Positions 17,160-26,578 of a stretch of 64,000 bases of DNA are shown piece after piece. Source of the stretch: a virus; IMG/VR virus record IMGVR_UViG_3300033146_004128, positions 64,001-128,000 of that record, one strand, 5' to 3'. A program made the position numbers and the translations under genes. Each line of letters opens with the position of its first letter. Position 1 is the first letter of the stretch. The notes under the pieces were generated by a model that was not told where the DNA came from, made no database searches, and worked only from the letters and a program-made list of their open reading frames with translations.

Positions 17160-18110
17160 ATGCAATCAATTAATGTGCATGATGCAGAAGAACTACAGAT
17201 AGGTGAGACCACGCTAAGCAGTCTTAATGCTGGAAAAATATACAAGATAACTGCTAAAAAAGGTCACGTGTATACAATGTCAATGAAAGCTCCAGACGGG
17301 AACTATATTTCACTTCGTGGATTCAATGCATATGGATACGAAACACTTAGCTCTTCAGCATATGGTGAAGAGTATAGTAGTGAGATAGAGATTCAGCTTG
17401 AGGAATGGGAAGAAGAAGATACTCCAGTATTCTTTGAGCTTAATGCAAACTCAGGAGACTATACTGGAACTGTTAAAATTTCTGAAACATTCGTGACCCT
17501 TCGTGAGAAGAAAGGAAAGTCTCTTACTCATTCTGAAATGGATAACAATTTCAGAATGATGGATAAATCAATGCGTGTCCTTGAAGAGAAACTCTGGTCT
17601 AACAGATTTATACCTGAACATACTGCACTATTTGCACAGGGGATAATGGGAACCGTGAATCCTGGGTCATCAGGATCAGCGTCTCTATTCCAGATATCAA
17701 CGGATGACTTTGAAGAGGATGATCTCATAATGGTTGAGATGAAGCTCATGGTAAGAGAAGCAGGAACGTCAGTACCATTCACACTAGTCAATACACTGTC
17801 AGTTTTCAAGGTGTTGGCTAATGGTGAAGTAGCAGAAGAGGACTTCCAGTATATGTCTGGGCCTTATGACTTTGCTACAATAAAGCCTGCCGTGTATGGT
17901 AGTGAAGACAGCAACATAGGGTACAGCGAAGAGTCAGTTACTCCAGAAGGAGAAGATGCTATAGAAGTTGAGTATGTTGGAACACTAAGCTTCAGTTCGT
18001 CGTCGTCACCTAGTGCTCCACAGACATATTATGTTTATGACTCAGAAGATGGGTCAGGTAGTGGTTCCGGAAGTGGTTCTGGAAGTGGTTCTGGAAGTGG
18101 TGGGAAATGA
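17160..18110 (+). CDS. Putative fibre/appendage protein: beta-sandwich N-domain, internal KGKSLTHSEMDNNF anchor motif, Ser/Gly-repeat tail
   Basis: Motif shared with 11305 and 18875; C-terminal SFSSSSSPS and (GS)n; AGGAG RBS. Confidence 0.55.
   Translation: MQSINVHDAEELQIGETTLSSLNAGKIYKITAKKGHVYTMSMKAPDGNYISLRGFNAYGYETLSSSAYGEEYSSEIEIQLEEWEEEDTPVFFELNANSGDYTGTVKISETFVTLREKKGKSLTHSEMDNNFRMMDKSMRVLEEKLWSNRFIPEHTALFAQGIMGTVNPGSSGSASLFQISTDDFEEDDLIMVEMKLMVREAGTSVPFTLVNTLSVFKVLANGEVAEEDFQYMSGPYDFATIKPAVYGSEDSNIGYSEESVTPEGEDAIEVEYVGTLSFSSSSSPSAPQTYYVYDSEDGSGSGSGSGSGSGSGSGGK
18051..18101 (+). repeat. Coding tandem repeat (GGAAGTGGTTCT-like units) encoding a Gly-Ser tail
   Basis: gggtcaggtagtggttccggaagtggttctggaagtggttctggaagtggt encodes GSGSGSGSGSGSGSGSG. 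Confidence 0.85.
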
Positions 18111-18802
18111 TAACGGTAGTCTATCCTCTTATTAAAGCAGAGAGAGATTGTGAGGAGTTTCGATACTCTCTAAGATCTCTTGAGGCAAATATGCAAGAGG
18201 AATTCAGAGTATACGTGATAGGGCATAAGCCTTACTGGTGCACAGGGGTAGAGCATATACCATACTCTGATGCAGGAGAGAAGCAGCAAAATAAGAACAT
18301 AAAGGCACTTATAGCATCATCTCTTGCCGATGAATTTCTATGGGTGAGTGACGATATGTATATTGATGAGCCTGTATCAATAGATGAACTCTCTAAACAG
18401 TACTATCTTGAGGTGTTCAGTGGCATCAAGAAGGGAAGAGTAAAAGGGTTCAAGGCAATGCTATGGAGAACCTATGATAAGGCAAAAGCACTTGGCCTGC
18501 ATGGGCTAAACTATACTACACATACACCGGTACTATTTAATTCTGAAAAGCTAAGAAGAGCGATGGTTGATTTCGGTGCAGTAGAGAATGGATTACATCT
18601 TGAGACTCTATATCTGAATCATATTGGTGCAGAGAAAGATGCCATCAAAATAGGTAGCGAGAAAGTTGGCAGATATAGCAACAGTGAATTTCGTGGTGCC
18701 AAAGATGCTATATATTTGAGTTTTGACGATGCCGGAAAGGGCAGTGGAATATTCAAGTACATCAAGGCTAAGTATAAAAATAAAAGCAGATTTGAAATAT
18801 AG
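18107..18802 (+). CDS. Stealth-family-like sugar-phosphate transferase
   Basis: VVYPL (CR1-like), EEFRYSLRSLEAN, GHKPYW and FLWVSDDMYI (CR2-like), HTPVLF (CR3-like); ATGA-coupled to the upstream fibre-like gene. Confidence 0.7.
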   Translation: MITVVYPLIKAERDCEEFRYSLRSLEANMQEEFRVYVIGHKPYWCTGVEHIPYSDAGEKQQNKNIKALIASSLADEFLWVSDDMYIDEPVSIDELSKQYYLEVFSGIKKGRVKGFKAMLWRTYDKAKALGLHGLNYTTHTPVLFNSEKLRRAMVDFGAVENGLHLETLYLNHIGAEKDAIKIGSEKVGRYSNSEFRGAKDAIYLSFDDAGKGSGIFKYIKAKYKNKSRFEI

Positions 18803-18839
18803 GCAGTACCAGTTAGGTATTGTAGCCATATACTATTTC

Positions 18840-18848
18840 TGCTATAAT
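18840..18848 (+). promoter_or_regulatory. Extended -10 promoter element (TGcTATAAT)
   Basis: Exact TGnTATAAT upstream of the AAGGA RBS and ATG 18875. Confidence 0.7.
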
Positions 18849-18874
18849 GACAAAAAACAATAAAAGGACAACAC

Positions 18875-19987
18875 ATGCCAGTATCAGTACCAATAACAAC
18901 AGAGGGTCAATTCCTAAACAACTTAGATTTTGCAGAGTTTGGGTTTGCGCCATCAGTAGACGGAGTATATAATATTACATTGTTTGCACTAAATGATAGC
19001 TACACTGCAGCAGGGGAACTTACTCCATCAGCTCGTGTTAACGGGGACATAGTAAATGACAAAGACGGAGACCCAGTTGATACATCAACATCATACTCAC
19101 TAGAAAGAGGCGAGTTCTGTACCATAGCTATCCCACTCGTAGCAGGGGGAACGGTATATATTCAGACAGGTGCAGCCAAGATAGCAGGTATTGTTAGACT
19201 TGAAAAGCCTTTCATCTCAAGAGAGGCAAAAGGGTCAGAACTTTCTTTCGAAGAGATGGATGCGAATGTTGCGCTAGGTAAGGAAGCAATATTTAGATTG
19301 GAGCAGGATGAATTAGAGGCTCTAGCAGAGAAGCATTCAGTTGAGCCTGCTGCTAAGACACTTATCCCTAATGGAGATATAGATGCATTCTTTGATGCGA
19401 TGTCATCAAACTATGTTAGTAGACCGATTCAGCTTGGAACAGATGATAATGGTCAGTTCGGGTTTGGATATATGCAAATAGATGAATATGCAGGAAACTT
19501 TGTTGTAAGAATGCCTATCCCAGGATTTGACTCAGTATTCTCTCCAAGTTCAATGCTTAGCTTCGGCAAGGACTATTATGACAATTTATCCATTACAGAA
19601 TGGACTATAGAGGCTGATGAGTATGGCTCTAGTGGTTGGGTAACTTCAACTGTTACAAATGCAGATCTTGTGGCAATGAAAGAAATCGCTGAGCTCGATA
19701 TAGGCCAAGGAGAAGAGCACATTGTACTAATGGCATTCGCAGGGGATAACTACCTGGCACCTCAGATAGGAAAAGGATTTGGAAATTTCGGATACGACTT
19801 TAGCGACAGCCCTATGCCATACTCAGAGCCTATGCATCCTGCTGAAGTATGTGGAGTACCAAACAGAGTTCTTACAACAGTGTCTATGACCGTAGGACAA
19901 AAGAACATTAGGGTTGCAAGATGGTGCGCCATGAACATCGACGAGTACAACAACATCACATTTGACCCATCAGCACAAGCGGGCTAA
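18875..19987 (+). CDS. Putative fibre/appendage protein: beta-sandwich N-domain plus KGSELSFEEMDAN anchor motif
   Basis: Same architecture as 17160-18110; acidic beta-rich C-terminal domain. Confidence 0.5.
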   Translation: MPVSVPITTEGQFLNNLDFAEFGFAPSVDGVYNITLFALNDSYTAAGELTPSARVNGDIVNDKDGDPVDTSTSYSLERGEFCTIAIPLVAGGTVYIQTGAAKIAGIVRLEKPFISREAKGSELSFEEMDANVALGKEAIFRLEQDELEALAEKHSVEPAAKTLIPNGDIDAFFDAMSSNYVSRPIQLGTDDNGQFGFGYMQIDEYAGNFVVRMPIPGFDSVFSPSSMLSFGKDYYDNLSITEWTIEADEYGSSGWVTSTVTNADLVAMKEIAELDIGQGEEHIVLMAFAGDNYLAPQIGKGFGNFGYDFSDSPMPYSEPMHPAEVCGVPNRVLTTVSMTVGQKNIRVARWCAMNIDEYNNITFDPSAQAG

Positions 19988-19989
19988 GC

Positions 19990-20622
19990 ATGAGACATGA
20001 CAACTTAACAGCTGTCGTAACTCACTACAATACACCGAGAGACCTGCTCGTCAGGGCTCTTGCCTCTCTAGATAAATTCAAAATACCATATATCATTGTT
20101 GATGACGGAAGCGACCAAGAATTTGTTGATGGGCTACGTGAGTTTGGCGACAGGGTGATATACCTGAAGAAGAACATAGGTCAAGCACAAGCATTTTATA
20201 CTGGAGCATATGCAGTAAAGACAAAATGGACTCTAAAACTAGATAGTGATGATTATATCACAGACCATCCAGTATATGACGATACTCATGATGCACATGT
20301 TCCTAAGATAAAATACGATGCTCCTATAACACACAAAGGATTGATGGCTGTACCATATTGTTACTTTTCAGGATCAGTTATTAAGACATCATTTTCATGT
20401 GCTTCATATGCTAAAGTCACCAGAAGATTAAATGATGATGTTGAGGCGTATGCACACTTGATAGGTCTTGGAGCAAAGATAGCTACATATGAGTCTAGTT
20501 GGTATAAGTATGCATCAGACAAGCCTAAGAGCGTGTCTAAATCACACAATATATCAGAAAAAAAACAGGCACAAAGGGAAATAAGACAATTAATAACAGA
20601 AGAGTATGGAGAGTTCGTATGA
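19990..20622 (+). CDS. Family 2 glycosyltransferase (GT-A fold)
   Basis: AVVTHYN, IIVDDGSD, KNIGQAQA, LKLDSDD (DxD) motifs. Confidence 0.85.
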   Translation: MRHDNLTAVVTHYNTPRDLLVRALASLDKFKIPYIIVDDGSDQEFVDGLREFGDRVIYLKKNIGQAQAFYTGAYAVKTKWTLKLDSDDYITDHPVYDDTHDAHVPKIKYDAPITHKGLMAVPYCYFSGSVIKTSFSCASYAKVTRRLNDDVEAYAHLIGLGAKIATYESSWYKYASDKPKSVSKSHNISEKKQAQREIRQLITEEYGEFV

Positions 20623-21338
20623 TAGCTGATGTGCAGATGGAAATAACAACGGTATGTAATATGGCATGCTTCTATTGCCCTATCGAGGACATGCCACATA
20701 AACATATGGATCTTGCGCTGGCCAAGGAGATTGTTGACCGGTATGATAAAGGTTCAATGTTCATGCTCAATGGTACCGGAGAGCCAACATTGTATCCGCA
20801 TCTTCTTGAGCTTGTTACTTATATTGTGGACAATGGGAAGCTAGCAAACTTCATTACAAACGGAGTGAACTGTGTAGATGAGGACATACTTAGATTGCTT
20901 GATCACATAGCCTTCTCTGTTGATGACTCAGATACAGACAAGAATGTGAAGACACTAGAGAATGCAGAAAAAGCAATACGTCATGCATGCTCAATAATTG
21001 GAGGCGGAAAAGTTTCTACAATGACTGCTGACTATGGTCAAGATTTGTCAAAGATAAAAGCATTCAGTGAAGAGCTTGGGTTCACGATGAGAAAGCAGAG
21101 GCTGCAACCAAAGGCGTCATATCAAAAGAAGTATTCTATACCTGGGCATAAGCCAAACAGGCTTGAATGTCCATATATAAAGTTCTCGTATATGGATTTC
21201 TATTTTCAGAACGGAACAAAGGCACCATGCTGTTTCATGGTATATGAAGAGCAAAGCATGTCACGTGATGAAGTTGAGAAATCCCTTAATAAGGGAATAG
21301 TTCCAGAGTGCTGCTCCGGATGCTACTTAATGAAATAA
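20619..21338 (+). CDS. Radical SAM protein with C-terminal SPASM/twitch-like Cys cluster
   Basis: CNMACFYC (CxxxCxxC), GTGEPTL, FITNG, and C-terminal CPY...GTKAPCC...CCSGC; ATGA-coupled to the GT2 gene. Confidence 0.88.
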   Translation: MIADVQMEITTVCNMACFYCPIEDMPHKHMDLALAKEIVDRYDKGSMFMLNGTGEPTLYPHLLELVTYIVDNGKLANFITNGVNCVDEDILRLLDHIAFSVDDSDTDKNVKTLENAEKAIRHACSIIGGGKVSTMTADYGQDLSKIKAFSEELGFTMRKQRLQPKASYQKKYSIPGHKPNRLECPYIKFSYMDFYFQNGTKAPCCFMVYEEQSMSRDEVEKSLNKGIVPECCSGCYLMK

Positions 21339-21358
21339 TTGTAGAGTGAAGATAGTTA

Positions 21359-21367
21359 TGGCATAAT
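21359..21367 (+). promoter_or_regulatory. Extended -10-like element (TGgCATAAT)
   Basis: One mismatch to TATAAT with the TG extension, upstream of the AGGAG RBS and ATG 21393. Confidence 0.5.
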
Positions 21368-21392
21368 TACATATTGAAAACAGGAGATTGCT

Positions 21393-21995
21393 ATGGCAGG
21401 TGCGTTATGGAAAAAAGAGGTCGTTATACGTCAGAACTCAACAATAGGAATAGTGGCAGCTCAGAACTGGACAAAAAATTGGCTTGCTAGCTTCCAAGAT
21501 AATCCAGTAAACATTGATGAAAATGGAGACTACATAGATCACTTCTTTGGAGATCTCTTTGATGCAAGAACCGGAAACTTGTATAGGATATTCTCAGATG
21601 CTGCAGGCGTTAAATATAGCATGCCAAATGTAATCTTTGACGTACTTATAACTTCTAAGTTTGTGCCATGGGATAGCGTAAGTGATAATCCCGATCTTGC
21701 CACCGATGAAGACTTTCTTATTACTAGAGGTGGTGTTGCTGATGTAATAGATGAGTTTATTAGTGAGGCAAAGATAATCAATGATGGTGGGATAATCAAC
21801 AATAATAAAATAACCCTGTCGAATACTCCAGTAGGAGGTATAATTGGGGGGACATGTAGGATCAAGATAGGAGCAGTAAATGTGTTCGACGAGGTTGACT
21901 GTGTAGCCAATGGGAATATCCTTACTGTGCTTCCTGATCAAGGTGTAGACTACGAGGGAGAAATGTGTCTTGTCAGCTATCTAATTAACACATAG
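21393..21995 (+). CDS. Hypothetical acidic beta-rich protein (possible virion component)
   Basis: 200 aa ORF with a good RBS; no recognisable motif. Confidence 0.6.
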   Translation: MAGALWKKEVVIRQNSTIGIVAAQNWTKNWLASFQDNPVNIDENGDYIDHFFGDLFDARTGNLYRIFSDAAGVKYSMPNVIFDVLITSKFVPWDSVSDNPDLATDEDFLITRGGVADVIDEFISEAKIINDGGIINNNKITLSNTPVGGIIGGTCRIKIGAVNVFDEVDCVANGNILTVLPDQGVDYEGEMCLVSYLINT

Positions 21996-22014
21996 TGCTT
22001 TTTGGACAACACTA

Positions 22015-22023
22015 TGCTATAAT
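22015..22023 (+). promoter_or_regulatory. Extended -10 promoter element (TGcTATAAT)
   Basis: Exact TGnTATAAT upstream of the AAGGA RBS and ATG 22050. Confidence 0.7.
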
Positions 22024-22049
22024 AAAATAAAATTTTTAAGGAAGAAGAT

Positions 22050-22751
22050 ATGTTGAGAGATGCAATTTCTGGCCAAGAATACGATAAAGAGGCTATCTTG
22101 GGAGGAGCACTGCTTGCCGGCGGTAAAATGATAAAGTCTCTCGGTAGTGGAATAGGCAAGTTAGGGTCTGGTAAAATTTCAAAAGTTGGAAAAAATATGA
22201 AGTCTTGGGCCACTAATAGGAATAAGGCACTACAGACGAGAATGACCAAGACAGATAACCTCATCAAGAAGAATGGATTAGAGAACAATCTTGGCGTTGG
22301 TGGAAGCATAGGTAAGAGTCTACTTAGACACACAAAGCAGAGTGGAGGTTTTGTAAGTTCAAAACTTAACTCTCTGGGAAAAACTCTCATTAACAGACGT
22401 AGTGTAAAAATAAAGGCTAAAAAGACTGGTCCGTATGATCTGAATGACATCAATACAAAAGGACCTACCAGTGGTGGAGGTTCTGGAACCACAACTACGA
22501 CCTCAAGCACAACAAGTAGCACAGGTGCACAGCATGGGCCAAGAACACCTCAAGAAGAAATAGACTTCCTTAAAAATAAAAATAAAAAGCTAAAAAAGAA
22601 GAGCAAGAACAACTCTTTGCTTGATGCATACAAGACTACAAAGCTACATAAAAACTACGGGAACACCCCTCTTTACGCAGCCGGTGGCGTTGCTGCTTAT
22701 GCTGCAGGTGGAGGATTGGGCGGTGGTCCAACCGTAGTTAACAACGGATAA
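22050..22751 (+). CDS. Basic protein with terminal glycine-rich hydrophobic segments
   Basis: AILGGALLAGG at the N-terminus, AAGGVAAYAAGGGLGGG at the C-terminus, K-rich core and T/S linker; compositionally like the 556 and 1928 proteins. Confidence 0.55.
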   Translation: MLRDAISGQEYDKEAILGGALLAGGKMIKSLGSGIGKLGSGKISKVGKNMKSWATNRNKALQTRMTKTDNLIKKNGLENNLGVGGSIGKSLLRHTKQSGGFVSSKLNSLGKTLINRRSVKIKAKKTGPYDLNDINTKGPTSGGGSGTTTTTSSTTSSTGAQHGPRTPQEEIDFLKNKNKKLKKKSKNNSLLDAYKTTKLHKNYGNTPLYAAGGVAAYAAGGGLGGGPTVVNNG

Positions 22752-22760
22752 GGACATATC

Positions 22761-23207
22761 ATGGTTGACCCAGACAAAGTAAGAGCATATATACGAGACA
22801 GGAAAGAGCTAAACGTTCTACTGAACAATAAAGAGCAGTTTGATGATGACGAGATAGAGATATTTGATATGGACACAAGAGAAGAGCTTGTCCTTATGAT
22901 ACCTGCTCTTAAGTCTCAGATAGGGTCAATTAGCGATCTGATAATACTTAACGGTATAATCGCAAAACTCATGGAAGCTGTTGCTCAGCAAGAGAACAGA
23001 AACCAAATGACAGTCGGTGATGACAACGTGGGACAGATAGATTTCTCAAATAAAGCAGACAAGTATTTATCCTTGTCTCAAGCATATTACAACAAGATGA
23101 TGAGACTTGCTACAAATGCGGCAGCTTCATCATTCTACAATGATGCCTGGGGAAGTGTAAATATGGGTTCTGGGGACTATGAGTTCTACTTAGGAAGCTC
23201 TGACTAA
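22761..23207 (+). CDS. Putative head-tail adaptor (head completion) protein
   Basis: 148 aa helical protein (DKVRAYIRD...LILNGIIAKLMEAVAQQENRNQ...DFSNKADKY). Size and pattern are typical of adaptor proteins; assignment by resemblance only. Confidence 0.45.
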   Translation: MVDPDKVRAYIRDRKELNVLLNNKEQFDDDEIEIFDMDTREELVLMIPALKSQIGSISDLIILNGIIAKLMEAVAQQENRNQMTVGDDNVGQIDFSNKADKYLSLSQAYYNKMMRLATNAAASSFYNDAWGSVNMGSGDYEFYLGSSD

Positions 23208-23725
23208 TGAGTGATATAGTACGAGAGAGTGTCGTAGTTACACCTATATCGTCAGAGAGAATGGACGTTACTGGTGCTGTTCATAGATACAACTTCGGAT
23301 GGATAAAAATACATAGGGTAGTTGGTGGTGATCCTGGGGATGGAGAGGTTATAGAATCTACATCTACAGGAATATCAGGGATGTCAAGAGTGTTTGACGA
23401 AAATGTAACAGAGGAGATCCTACCGCCTAGCCTGGAAACACCAGATGTGACAGGATCGGTATCAGCAACAGGGATATCGGTTTCTACGTTTTACAAGATA
23501 GGAATAAAAAAGAGAGCGATAGTAAGAACACGAGCTGCTGCTCCGGCAGAGCTTATTATTCTTGGGGCACTGCCGTTTTCTATAATGGAAGATAAATTGT
23601 ATGCAGATGCAATAGGAAATGGAAGCGAAGCTCCTACTCCCGAAGGGGGGCCAGAGTCCGCAGATGGCGGAGTAACAATAACTGCAGCGAATGGCGTAAT
23701 AACAACAACAAAAATAAAAGGCTAA
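23207..23725 (+). CDS. Hypothetical beta-rich protein, possibly neck-associated
   Basis: 172 aa, TAATG-coupled to the putative adaptor gene. Confidence 0.55.
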   Translation: MSDIVRESVVVTPISSERMDVTGAVHRYNFGWIKIHRVVGGDPGDGEVIESTSTGISGMSRVFDENVTEEILPPSLETPDVTGSVSATGISVSTFYKIGIKKRAIVRTRAAAPAELIILGALPFSIMEDKLYADAIGNGSEAPTPEGGPESADGGVTITAANGVITTTKIKG

Positions 23726-23727
23726 AT

Positions 23728-26541
23728 ATGTATTTCAATTTACAAGGCAAAAAATTTAACGAATCAAGACTTAAGTGTATAGTTGACAAGACAAGATACT
23801 ACTGGCCACTAGACTATCACCTGAGTGGGCAATTCAGTACTGCAATCACAGGGCATAGAACAAAGTTCGAAGAGGTTGACGGAGTACACGCTCTGCATTT
23901 GGAAGCAGCAACATACGCATATCTTAATTCTTATGTTGGATTATTTATGTATGGTGCTGGCTGTGCGTACGGAGTGATGCGTGATGATGGGAATAGTGAT
24001 ACCGAGATGAGACTATTTGCAATTACACATGATTACAGATGGGGAGATGATGCAACTAAATTATCAGTAACTCTTCTTCCTGGAGACAGAAATGTGTTTA
24101 GAGTAAGAGCAAATGTAGATGGGGTAATGAAAAGTGTAGATACTATTGTTGAAAATTTTGACTCGAATAAGTGGTTTGAGTTGGCAGTTCAGTTTGAAGG
24201 AACAAGAGTAGAGCTACGCATCAATAACAAATCAGTAATGAATCATGATTTTGGACCTGGGGATCTACCAGCTACGTCATATTGTTACTTTGGAGGCAGA
24301 GAAAACTATAATGGTTTTTATTTGAGAGAGGTGTCCTTATTCCCGGAGATATTAAATGATGAAGAAATGGATACTCTACATGAATATAAAAATAAAATCA
24401 TAGATGAAGAGTTTAAAACCGATGATAGGTACGCAATGCTACCCGAAGGAAGAGTTCTTAGAGCTTACCCTTTTCAAAAAAATTCAAGAGACATGATAAC
24501 TGGGGATTATCTTACCTACGAAGGTAGCCTAAGCGGCTTTGTTGTTGATACAAAATACTGTAGATTTAACGGCGGCAAAATGGCCGTCAAGAACCTACCA
24601 ATAAATGACGACACAGAAGCTGTAACAATCTCGATGAGTCTAGGAAACCTATACAGGGGAGCATTATTTGGTATAGGCTCTCAGTATCTATACTTTAATT
24701 ATAATTACTATTTTGGGTTTAGTACCGGGAAAGGCGACGTGTATGGAGTAGCTCCTAACCCTATATATTACAAGAATTCCCATATAATAGTAGTGTTTAG
24801 GAAGGGAAGCTATGGCGATATCTATGTAGATGGAATAAAGCAGGAGTTGACGCACAAGGGGGCGATACCAGACTCAATAGTAAACACACTCGGCAACGAA
24901 CTAGTTGTGAATGGAAGAATTGGAACAACATCAGACAGTTCGTATGTTAATGCATACAATATGAAGATCATAGAAGGAGAGGTTACGGACGAAGAGGCAA
25001 TGGATCTCTTTAAGGAAGAGTGGCCAGAGAATAGAGAAGTTGGAAGTTACGTGAAGGCTATTCAAGGAGGCGAACTTGAATGTGGGGACTATACTGAAAA
25101 AGGATGCATTACCGCATCTACAGCATCTTCTGATATTGGGTTCTGGTCAAAGCATATTTTGGAAAAGGTAAAGAGTCATCCGTTTGCAGAATCAACAGCA
25201 GTAGATATTGTTAATGAGAAGGTATTCCAGATACTAAATGAGGTTTCTGACGGATCATCAATATTCAGTCTTGACATAGATGCACTCCCTGAGTTTATGT
25301 ACAGTATACATAATGGAGAGGCGGCACTAGTATCTTCTGAAGCAACACTTACCTATCTTAACAGCAGAAACGATATAAATATGGATAGTGTAAGATCAAT
25401 ATATGCAAGAATAGCGATAGATGACAATACTGTATTTGGATTTGGATCTTCATACCCTCGTGTACTGATAAAGAATAAAGTGATCATAATAGAGTGGGAC
25501 GATAGTGAATACCACAGGACAGCATATCCTATAAGTGGAGTCACGGATGGAGACTGGGCAGATGTAACAATAGTTTTCTCTGTGACAGGAGTAGATCATG
25601 ATAGAGTAGTTGTTAACGGTGACACAATATATAGGGATTATTCTCTATATGCAGAACAGCTAGCATTGCTCCTAAAAGAAAGATCCGGGAAGATCGATAT
25701 TGGATCATGCAAAGTAGGCTCTGAAGAATATGTTCCTAACGCAAGAATATCAAGACTTGAAATATTCTGTACCGGGATGGGTCTCAAGAATATAGAGAAT
25801 ATAGTGTCAGGACTAGAATATAATCACGGAATGAGCAAAGATTTGATACCTGAAAGCAAGATATATATGGATGGAGAAAATATATTTGGAATGTTCAAAG
25901 GGCTTCTACTTCTTCCATATTCGTCAAGAAATAGTCCGTACTGGGAACATGAGCCAGTTGAAGCAATAGCGGGAGAGATACCTGTCCTTGCAGGAATACG
26001 TGCCTTTGATAGACCAAATAAGATAAGAGATATTTCGATAGGGAAAGCTACATTAAATGGTGCATATCGCAAGGTTAACCCACACATTGGGAACTATGCA
26101 ATAACTGGAAACTATGGCGGTAGCATTTCTATTACGGAAAACAATCTTACCCCAAATAAAGATGTGTATGTATATATGGACTTAATAATTTGTGAGTATT
26201 TCTATCTCTATAATTTAACAGTCAGAGTGACTGTAGGCACAAGAAGTTTTGTTATAGAGCCTCCAGTATATAATGGCTATGGTATCGATAATATCGATAG
26301 CCTTCTTAGAACAATAGACGAGGTAGTAGATGTCAAGCCAACACCTATAAATTTAGAAAACTCCGGAAGATATTATGAAGTTGGAGAGATGATAGTCACA
26401 CTTAAAGTAAAGGCAAATACAGGACCAGACGGAAATGTGTATATGCAGACAAAGCTAATATCTGGAAAAACTGAATACTATGGTGCCATAGGACTATCTA
26501 ATGTGTCAGTATGCGACATAGAAGATCCACAGCAGAAATAG
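23728..26541 (+). CDS. Multi-LamG/concanavalin-A-like domain protein; putative receptor-binding or tail appendage protein
   Basis: Repeated LamG signatures: YYWPLD / RAYPFQ starts, WFELAVQFEGTRVELRINN, HIIVVFRKGSYGDIYVDG, WADVTIVFS...RVVVNG, and ILNDEEMDTL / EVTDEEAMDLF ends. Confidence 0.7.
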   Translation: MYFNLQGKKFNESRLKCIVDKTRYYWPLDYHLSGQFSTAITGHRTKFEEVDGVHALHLEAATYAYLNSYVGLFMYGAGCAYGVMRDDGNSDTEMRLFAITHDYRWGDDATKLSVTLLPGDRNVFRVRANVDGVMKSVDTIVENFDSNKWFELAVQFEGTRVELRINNKSVMNHDFGPGDLPATSYCYFGGRENYNGFYLREVSLFPEILNDEEMDTLHEYKNKIIDEEFKTDDRYAMLPEGRVLRAYPFQKNSRDMITGDYLTYEGSLSGFVVDTKYCRFNGGKMAVKNLPINDDTEAVTISMSLGNLYRGALFGIGSQYLYFNYNYYFGFSTGKGDVYGVAPNPIYYKNSHIIVVFRKGSYGDIYVDGIKQELTHKGAIPDSIVNTLGNELVVNGRIGTTSDSSYVNAYNMKIIEGEVTDEEAMDLFKEEWPENREVGSYVKAIQGGELECGDYTEKGCITASTASSDIGFWSKHILEKVKSHPFAESTAVDIVNEKVFQILNEVSDGSSIFSLDIDALPEFMYSIHNGEAALVSSEATLTYLNSRNDINMDSVRSIYARIAIDDNTVFGFGSSYPRVLIKNKVIIIEWDDSEYHRTAYPISGVTDGDWADVTIVFSVTGVDHDRVVVNGDTIYRDYSLYAEQLALLLKERSGKIDIGSCKVGSEEYVPNARISRLEIFCTGMGLKNIENIVSGLEYNHGMSKDLIPESKIYMDGENIFGMFKGLLLLPYSSRNSPYWEHEPVEAIAGEIPVLAGIRAFDRPNKIRDISIGKATLNGAYRKVNPHIGNYAITGNYGGSISITENNLTPNKDVYVYMDLIICEYFYLYNLTVRVTVGTRSFVIEPPVYNGYGIDNIDSLLRTIDEVVDVKPTPINLENSGRYYEVGEMIVTLKVKANTGPDGNVYMQTKLISGKTEYYGAIGLSNVSVCDIEDPQQK

Positions 26542-26547
26542 TTTCTG

Positions 26548-26556
26548 TGCTATAAT
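26548..26556 (+). promoter_or_regulatory. Extended -10 promoter element (TGcTATAAT) upstream of the RNA polymerase gene
   Basis: Exact TGnTATAAT in the 37-nt gap before ATG 26579. Confidence 0.7.
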
Positions 26557-26578
26557 ATGATAAAAATAGGATATATTT

